DNA from: an uncultured Gemmatimonadaceae bacterium
GTDB lineage: Bacteria; Gemmatimonadota; Gemmatimonadetes; Gemmatimonadales; Gemmatimonadaceae
Assembly (NCBI GenBank): GCA_963740355.1
Contig: CAVUDW010000003.1
Location: 1,472,001 to 1,536,000, forward strand
Direction of reading: 5' to 3'
DNA: 64,000 nucleotides
The position numbers and the translations under genes were made by a program. Positions within the stretch are counted from its first letter, which is position 1; the number at the start of each line of letters is the position of its first letter. The notes beneath the pieces are model-generated. The model was not told the DNA's origin and searched no databases. It was given only the letters and a program-made list of their open reading frames with translations. This document shows positions 57,460 to 64,000 of the stretch, piece by piece.

Positions 57460-58413
57460 TCAGCGTGGCGACGGCATCGGCGGGAACATCGAGCGCGCCT
57501 TGTTCACCGGCGGTGGCGGTTCGACAGGCTCGTCCCACTCGTCAGGCTCCACGTCCTGCGCGCTGGCAACACTCTCGCTCGGCATCGCCGACGATTCGGA
57601 GCCCTGACCATTCGCGTTCGATTCGGCAGCCGCGGCAACCGCCTCGACGATGTCGAACATGTCGAACGAGCCCTTCGTCGCTGGTGGCGTGCTGGAATTG
57701 GATGGGGCGAACGTGGCGGCGAATGCCGGAGCGCTGGCTGGCACCGGCGCAGGTCGGGTGTTCGTTGCCGCCGTGTTCTCGATCGTGATCATCGGAGGCC
57801 CGGACGACAGCGCTGCTCGTGGCGGGACATCCACGGGAGCGGGCAGCAGCGCCGAGAGATCACCGCTCGTCAGGGCCGCCCGCTGCACCTGCACGCGCGC
57901 CTCCGCTTCCGAGATCTGTTCCTCGACGGAATCGAGCGAGTGCGACAGCTTGTCGAGAATCTCGAACGGGCGGAAACCTGGCACACGCAGAGTCGGCGTC
58001 CAGTCCACGACGTCGCGCACTACACCAACCGGCAGTGTGCGTCCCGGCTCCATGATCAGCAGCAGGTCGCGCGAGTCGGCGGAACGCGCCGAGAACAGTC
58101 GCAATGCGCCATCGCGCCCCAGCAGCAACGCGCGGATCAACATGCCGGTGGCGGTGTTGTGGATCGTGCGATGGAGGATGCGGTGCCGAATGCGGCGGAG
58201 CCCGCGCGCTGATTGCGGCAGCAGTGTGGGGGTGAACTCCACCAGCGGAATCGCGTCGAAGAATGCCGCAGCAGTTCGCGCCAGCACCTGCACCTCGCGC
58301 GCAGTCAGCTCCTGCACCTCGGACTGCGCGCGTCGCAGTTCGCGCGCGCGGTTGGCGAGAGCCGTGGCGCGACCGAGCGCATCGTTCCGGACAGCGGTGG
58401 TGTCAGTGGACAT
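57460..58413 (-). CDS. Hypothetical protein (coiled-coil N-domain, low-complexity C-terminus)
   Basis: 317-aa ORF with coding-like composition. Confidence 0.7.
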   Translation of the reverse strand: MSTDTTAVRNDALGRATALANRARELRRAQSEVQELTAREVQVLARTAAAFFDAIPLVEFTPTLLPQSARGLRRIRHRILHRTIHNTATGMLIRALLLGRDGALRLFSARSADSRDLLLIMEPGRTLPVGVVRDVVDWTPTLRVPGFRPFEILDKLSHSLDSVEEQISEAEARVQVQRAALTSGDLSALLPAPVDVPPRAALSSGPPMITIENTAATNTRPAPVPASAPAFAATFAPSNSSTPPATKGSFDMFDIVEAVAAAAESNANGQGSESSAMPSESVASAQDVEPDEWDEPVEPPPPVNKARSMFPPMPSPR

Positions 58414-58527
58414 CGGGATGGGCTGATGCAGAACCCCGGAGCGGGAGGATCACCGGGCTCAACCATTGAGTATCGGGCGGCCATGTCCAGACTTGAGCCG
58501 CCCTGATCCAACCGGGCGGATCGCCGG

Positions 58528-59043
58528 TCAGCGTCGCTGCGCCGGCGCTCGGCGCAGCGTGAATCCGGCTCGCACACCATCACCCAGTCCTACCTCGACG
58601 CCGGGCACCCACGCGCCGTCACTCGGCCCCTCGATGCCCAGGGTCACGATCGCCACCACTCGGCCCGTGCGGTGCTCCTCGACACGCACGCCGACACCGC
58701 CACCGGCGTTGAGGCCCCAGCGCGATTGCCGGAACGGGTCACTCAGCACACGCGCCAGAAGGTCGACTCGTCCACTGCTTGCCCATCCCGCCGGACGGTT
58801 CACGCCACCGGCGCCGACATCAGCGGCCAGCCGCACGTTGTAGGCGGCGGGAATCGCCAGCCCCACCGCCACCTGCGCACCGGGATCGCGGTCGAGCAGC
58901 GCATCGACGCGCAGCGACGGGCGCAGGCTGGTGGCCTTCGGTCGCGGCAGCGCGGCCTGAGCGACACACTCCGGCACCATGAGGAACGCGATGCTGGCAA
59001 AAATCGCGAGGCGCGTGATCACCCGACCAAACGAATCGATCAC
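58528..59043 (-). CDS. Hypothetical exported, beta-strand-rich protein
   Basis: Signal-like N-terminus, alternating Gly/hydrophobic strands; GTGA overlap with the upstream gene. Confidence 0.6.
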   Translation of the reverse strand: MIDSFGRVITRLAIFASIAFLMVPECVAQAALPRPKATSLRPSLRVDALLDRDPGAQVAVGLAIPAAYNVRLAADVGAGGVNRPAGWASSGRVDLLARVLSDPFRQSRWGLNAGGGVGVRVEEHRTGRVVAIVTLGIEGPSDGAWVPGVEVGLGDGVRAGFTLRRAPAQRR

Positions 59044-59624
59044 CCGAGCGCGTCGTGCGTCGGCGTCGTGATCGCGTCCGCTGCGGCTGTCGCTTTTGGA
59101 CCACCCGCCCGGTTGAACCAGAGCATCAGTGTGTAGTCCGTCGTCGCGACGAGCGCGAGGATGCCGCAGGCGAGGGCGAGGCCGGCGACCAGCCGCGGCG
59201 CCTGCAATGCGGCCAGCAGCGTCACGAATTGCAGCACGGTCACGCCCTTGCCGGGCCAGCGTGCCTGAAAGGTGATCTGCCGGAGCCAGGTGACGTTCCG
59301 CGCCACGAACCACCCGATCACGCTCATCACGTCACGCACCAGCAACAGGCTCAGTTGCCAGGGCGAGATCAGTCCTTCGACGGTGACCGTGATGAACGCC
59401 ACCAGCATGAAGATCCGGTCGGCGATGGGATCGATGAGGGCCCCGATCTTCGTCGCGCTGTGCGAAACGCGCGCGATCACGCCGTCCAGCACATCCGACG
59501 CCATGGCCAGCAAGACCACGGTCAATCGCCAGTCGGCATCGCGCACGCCGAGAAACACGCCCGCCATCACGAGACGCGACAGGGAGATCAGGTTCGGTGG
59601 GGTAAGCAGGTCACTGCGGCGCAT
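59040..59624 (-). CDS. CDP-alcohol phosphatidyltransferase family protein
   Basis: PNLISLSR, SDVLDGVIAR...GALIDPIADR signature. Confidence 0.9.
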   Translation of the reverse strand: MRRSDLLTPPNLISLSRLVMAGVFLGVRDADWRLTVVLLAMASDVLDGVIARVSHSATKIGALIDPIADRIFMLVAFITVTVEGLISPWQLSLLLVRDVMSVIGWFVARNVTWLRQITFQARWPGKGVTVLQFVTLLAALQAPRLVAGLALACGILALVATTDYTLMLWFNRAGGPKATAAADAITTPTHDALG

Positions 59625-59823
59625 ACTGACAAGAAAGCAAGACACGTGCTGGACGGCCAGCAGTTGCCCAGCCAGCACCGTCGGCATAGGCTGCCCCACG
59701 CACCGGATCGCACTGCAGCGTCTGGTGCTCCGCATCCTTCAGCCCGACTTCCGACTCCGTGCGCTCGTCCACCGCCGCATCCTTCGCCACCGCCAGCGCA
59801 ACGCGCACACGACAGGTGGCCCG

Positions 59824-61362
59824 CTGCTGACCGTCGCCCTGCCGCTGACGGCCCTCTTTGCGGCCGCCCTGATGCTGCTGTGGGATGTTGGCCTCGCGGG
59901 ACGATTGGCGCGCGTGGCGGAGGCACCACGCGGCTGGGCGGCACTGACGGCGATCACTGGCCTGCTGCTGTTGCCAGCGGCGTTGATCCGCGTGGTGGGC
60001 AGTTCACTGCTCGACGGCCGGACCGTAGCCGCGCTCGGTTGGCTCTGGCCGCTGGTGCTGACACTCGTGGCGCTGCAAGCGGTCACCACGCTCGCGCGCG
60101 GGCTCGGTGCGCGCACGATCGTGGCGCCGATCATGATCTACGATGCGATCATCGCGGCATCGGCGTGGATCGAATACGCCGCCGGCAACGGAGTGTCGCT
60201 GCCAGCGGCGATGCACGCCATCCCGACCGCCACCGCCGGCGCGATGGGCTATCTGGCCGGCAGTGCCGCACTCTGGTCGCCATTCGCGATCGCGCCGCCG
60301 CTGCTGGCTCCGGCCTATCGCGCCCGGTGGGCCGTGAACGCATCGGTGCGCGGCTTGATCGCGCTCTATTGTGTGGTTGCCGTGGTCGCGTTCGCCAGCG
60401 AGTTGCCGCAAGCGATTCGTGGTGTGCAAAGCTTCTCGCGGTGGACGCTCGCCCCATTGCGCGAACGGCCGCAGGACACGCCGTTGCTGGTCGGCATCCA
60501 GATCCTGCCCTCGTTACGCGGCGCGCCGGCACCACTCGCCCTGCGCTATGACTCCGACCTTGCCGACAGCGCCAACGTCGACGCGATCGCCGTCACGATC
60601 GCCCCGAGCGGTGCCACACCACGTGCACTCGACTCGCTCTCGCGGGCGCTCGAGACCTATCGCGGCGACAGCACGCTGATCGTGGTGACCGTGGGCTGGG
60701 ACATCGCCGAGGCGTTGCGCGTTCGTTTCGCTCCGACGGCGTGGGAGCGTGACCGGATCCAGCTCGTCGACCAGGTGGTGCGGCGCCTCCGTCCCGATGT
60801 GCTGGTGCCGATCGCCGATCCCAACGGACTGGGCGTCCAGATCGTCGGTGAACGCGACCCCATCGCATGGCAACCGCTGCTCACGCAGTGTGCAAAGACG
60901 GCGCACACCGTGCGGCCGCGCACTCGCGTGCTGGCCGAAGTGTCGACATTCGATGATCGCGACAGCGTGATGGTGGCGTGGGCCTCACGCCCCGCATCAG
61001 GGCTCGATGGTGTCGGCTACATCCTGCAGCCTGGCTTTCGCGGTGGTGTGAGCCTCGAGGCGCGATTGCAGGCAGCGGATCGCTGGCGCGCGGTTCGCGC
61101 GAGGCAGGGTGCACGTGCCAGCGACGAGTGGGTGATGCTGGCGGCCGGCTTCCCGTGGACGCAGGGCGAGCAGGCGCAGGATCGCGCCATCTGGGGTGTG
61201 CTCGCATGGGCCAGTGCCCGTCCCACGATCGAGGGGGTGATCGTGGGTGATGCGGGTGACTACGACACGCGTCGCGGGCTGCGCGGCCCGGGCGGTCGCC
61301 TCAGGCTCGCGAATACCTCGCTGCGACGTGCGATTCGTGGCTTGAACGAGGCCACGCGGTAG
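59824..61362 (+). CDS. Hypothetical membrane protein with soluble C-terminal domain (start uncertain, ATG at 59872)
   Basis: Several TM helices then an alternating alpha/beta domain ending GDYDTRRGLRGPGGRLR. Confidence 0.7.
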   Translation: MLTVALPLTALFAAALMLLWDVGLAGRLARVAEAPRGWAALTAITGLLLLPAALIRVVGSSLLDGRTVAALGWLWPLVLTLVALQAVTTLARGLGARTIVAPIMIYDAIIAASAWIEYAAGNGVSLPAAMHAIPTATAGAMGYLAGSAALWSPFAIAPPLLAPAYRARWAVNASVRGLIALYCVVAVVAFASELPQAIRGVQSFSRWTLAPLRERPQDTPLLVGIQILPSLRGAPAPLALRYDSDLADSANVDAIAVTIAPSGATPRALDSLSRALETYRGDSTLIVVTVGWDIAEALRVRFAPTAWERDRIQLVDQVVRRLRPDVLVPIADPNGLGVQIVGERDPIAWQPLLTQCAKTAHTVRPRTRVLAEVSTFDDRDSVMVAWASRPASGLDGVGYILQPGFRGGVSLEARLQAADRWRAVRARQGARASDEWVMLAAGFPWTQGEQAQDRAIWGVLAWASARPTIEGVIVGDAGDYDTRRGLRGPGGRLRLANTSLRRAIRGLNEATR

Positions 61363-61433
61363 CGACCCGATTGCCGCACGACACACGGCCTGATTGCGAC
61401 GCACCCCCGCGCCACGACGAGTCGTGCCAATGC

Positions 61434-64000
61434 CTAGGGCTTCGCAACGCCCCGGACGATCGCTTCCACGCGCCGCATCGGGTCACACCATTCGCGCACG
61501 ATGTGCTGCACATCGTCAGCCGTGACCGCGCGCAACTGTGCCACTTCGTCGTCCAGTTCGGACAAGCCGTCACCAACACACCAGGCATCCACCATGTCGC
61601 CGAGCTGCGCACCGGCGCTCTCCTGCCGCAGTGCATGCATGCCGATGGCGTAGGTACGCGCTCGCTCCAGCTCTTCCGCTGACACCGGCGTGTCGCGCAT
61701 TGCCGCGAACTCAGCCAGCAAGCCGGCACGCGCTTCCATCTCACGCTCCGGCGCACAGGCGATGTAGGCCGAGATCATCCCCGCCTCGCGCAGGGTCGAT
61801 GCGCTGACGAAGACGCTATAGGCCAGCGATTGACGGCTGCGCAGCGACTCGAAGAACCGGCCGCCGAGTCCGCTGGCGACGCCGGTCATCAAGGCGGTCG
61901 CGAAGCGGCGATGATCGCGGCGCTTCGGCCCCGGGAAAAGCATCGCGACGGCGCTCTGCTGCTTGGCACGAGGCTCGATGATCTCGATCGGCGCCAGCGG
62001 CACATCCGGCGCGTCGATCAGGTGGCGCGGCGACGGCTTCAGCGCCACGAACGCACCAGCGACCTGTTGCGCCAGCAGGAAGGGGTCGGCGTCACCCACG
62101 ATTGCGAGCACGGCGTCACCGCCCAGGATCGCGCTCGCATGCCATTCGCGCACCATCGTGTCGCTGAGCGCACCCACGCTCTCAGCGGTCCCCATCGCGT
62201 CGAGCCCATAGGTGTGCACACCAAACAACGCCTGGCGCGCCACCGCCAGCGGATACCGCAACATGTCGTCCTTCCGCGCGCGCAGTTCTGTCAACATCTG
62301 TGCGCGTTCAGTGGCGACGGCTTCGGCCGGGAAAACGGGATTCTGCACCACGTCGGCCAGCAACGCGGCTGCCGCCAGCAGGTCGTCGGACGGCACACTG
62401 ATCGACCAACCGACGAGTTCCTTGCTGATCGACGTGGAGACGCTTCCACCAAGTCGTTCGCCATCCTCCGCGATCTGCGCTGCCGTGCGCGAGGCCGTGC
62501 CCTTCACTGACACCCGCGCCATCAGCGTGGTGAGGCCAGCTTCCGCCATCGGCTCGTCGACGGCACCGCCCTGCACGTAGCATCCCATGTGCACGATCTT
62601 CGCGCCTGGCTTGCGACGCACCAGCACCGGAACACCGTGCGCCGTGCGGAACACATGCACGTCACCGATGTGTGCCTCCGCGGTCACGGCGGTTGCCATC
62701 GGTGCTGCCACGATCGGCGCGCGAGACACCACTGGCAGCGGTGCCACCGGTGACGCATTCCAGGCCGCAACGAGCGCGGGACCGTCGGATGCCAATGGTG
62801 CGCTGCTGGACGGCCGATAACTCACCACGCCGACCGTATCCGCGGTACACCAGTTGGTCAGCACGCGGCGCACGTCGGCTGCAGTGACGGCGTCGATGTC
62901 TCGCCAGTATGACTCACCGACGTCGGCACCACCGAGCGCTTCCCATGCCACCATCTCGCTCGCCTGGCCTTCCATCGACTCGTCGGATCGCAACTGGCGG
63001 GTACGCATCACGTGCTTCACGCGCTGCAACTCGTCGTCGGTCGGTCCATCGGCTTGCAGGCGCCGCAACTCGTGCCAGGCGGCGGCGCAGGCCTCGTTGA
63101 TCGTGGCGTCGCTGCCAACCATCCCGACCGCGAACACGCCGAGCTGTGTGGGCGTGTAGTGGTACGCGCTGGCGCTCATCGCCAGCCCGCGCTCACGCAC
63201 CGCACGGTAGAGGCGTGAGGCACGGCCGGTGGACAACACCGACGAAGCCACATCGAGCGCCGGCGTGTCTGGATGGAGCGGGCCCACCGTGCGCCAGCCG
63301 AATGTGGCGTGCGCCTGCTGCACGTCACCCGTGAGCGCGCGATATCGTGCGCCATGCCAGCGCGCCTCTTCCGGGCCGAAGTCCGGCAGCGGATCGCGTG
63401 CGGGCAACGACCCGTACGACGCACCCACGGCGGCCTTGACCGCGTCGGCATCCACATCCCCCACGATCGCGAGGATGCTGTTCGAGGGCGTGTACCAATT
63501 GCTGTAGAAGCCGTGCACCATCTCGCGCGTGAACGTGCGCAAGCCCGCCTCACGCCCGATGCGCCAGCGTCGCATCCGGTGCGTGTCGTGCAGCAGCTCG
63601 TAGAGAGTCTCTGCCGTGACCGCGCCCGGCGTGTCTTCCTTGCGCGCCGCTTCCTGGATGATGACTTCCAACTCGCGCCGCAGTTCGTCGGCATCGATCT
63701 GCGAGTGGGCGAAGGCATCGAACTGGATGTCGAGTCCGCGATCCCAGCTCGCGCTGGGCAACACGGTGATGTAGGTGGTGGCGTCGTAGATCGTGTGGGC
63801 GTTGAGCCAGCCACCCACTTCCTTGGTGGCGGTCGCGATCTCACCCGGGCCGCGCGTAGGCGTACCCTTGAAGTACATGTGCTCGAGCACGTGTGCGATA
63901 CCGATCTCGGTATCGGGCTCGTCGAAGTAGCCGGCCTTCACCCGCGTGACGATCGCCACCACGGGCGCTGCACGGTCTTCCCGGACGAGGAGTGTGAAAC
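61434..64000 (-). CDS. M16 family (pitrilysin-like) zinc peptidase, 5' end beyond window
   Basis: GIAHVLEHMYFKGT (HXXEH), NAHT, duplicated M16 halves; frame open to the window edge. Confidence 0.92.
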   Translation of the reverse strand, partial: FTLLVREDRAAPVVAIVTRVKAGYFDEPDTEIGIAHVLEHMYFKGTPTRGPGEIATATKEVGGWLNAHTIYDATTYITVLPSASWDRGLDIQFDAFAHSQIDADELRRELEVIIQEAARKEDTPGAVTAETLYELLHDTHRMRRWRIGREAGLRTFTREMVHGFYSNWYTPSNSILAIVGDVDADAVKAAVGASYGSLPARDPLPDFGPEEARWHGARYRALTGDVQQAHATFGWRTVGPLHPDTPALDVASSVLSTGRASRLYRAVRERGLAMSASAYHYTPTQLGVFAVGMVGSDATINEACAAAWHELRRLQADGPTDDELQRVKHVMRTRQLRSDESMEGQASEMVAWEALGGADVGESYWRDIDAVTAADVRRVLTNWCTADTVGVVSYRPSSSAPLASDGPALVAAWNASPVAPLPVVSRAPIVAAPMATAVTAEAHIGDVHVFRTAHGVPVLVRRKPGAKIVHMGCYVQGGAVDEPMAEAGLTTLMARVSVKGTASRTAAQIAEDGERLGGSVSTSISKELVGWSISVPSDDLLAAAALLADVVQNPVFPAEAVATERAQMLTELRARKDDMLRYPLAVARQALFGVHTYGLDAMGTAESVGALSDTMVREWHASAILGGDAVLAIVGDADPFLLAQQVAGAFVALKPSPRHLIDAPDVPLAPIEIIEPRAKQQSAVAMLFPGPKRRDHRRFATALMTGVASGLGGRFFESLRSRQSLAYSVFVSASTLREAGMISAYIACAPEREMEARAGLLAEFAAMRDTPVSAEELERARTYAIGMHALRQESAGAQLGDMVDAWCVGDGLSELDDEVAQLRAVTADDVQHIVREWCDPMRRVEAIVRGVAKP

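Overview
GC-rich bacterial window; the gene set and neighbourhoods suggest Gemmatimonadota (inference, not tested). (1) 1-12.3 kb is a minus-strand defence island: a partial Cys-rich ORF, a Type I restriction-modification system (hsdR and hsdM heavily frameshifted, hsdS intact), a second HTH-fused N6-methyltransferase/TRD module with a non-canonical catalytic motif, an NYN/PIN-like protein, a three-domain (ScoMcrA-head/EVE/DUF3883-like) nuclease and a tiny very acidic protein. (2) 12.4-39.5 kb is mostly core genome: comEA-pilB-pilT-pilC, M28 peptidase, lptF-lptG-mlaE-mlaD, mscL, APC permease, ctaA-ctaB, CDF transporter, M24 peptidase, a FabF/cyclase/methyltransferase/FAD-oxidoreductase cluster and an aquaporin. 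(3) 39.47-39.93 kb is a non-coding 71-bp-period hairpin tandem array. (4) 40.7-49.8 kb is ccmABCD-hemD-hemC-hemB-ppa, interrupted by an IS3 and a complete IS110 element whose bridge-RNA guides can be matched by eye to its own donor and target sites. (5) 49.9-64 kb holds acs, a DsbA-like protein, a TonB-dependent receptor, a CDP-alcohol phosphatidyltransferase, several hypotheticals and a partial M16 peptidase. No rRNA, tRNA or true CRISPR array was found. All calls come from reading motifs by eye; no database searches were run.
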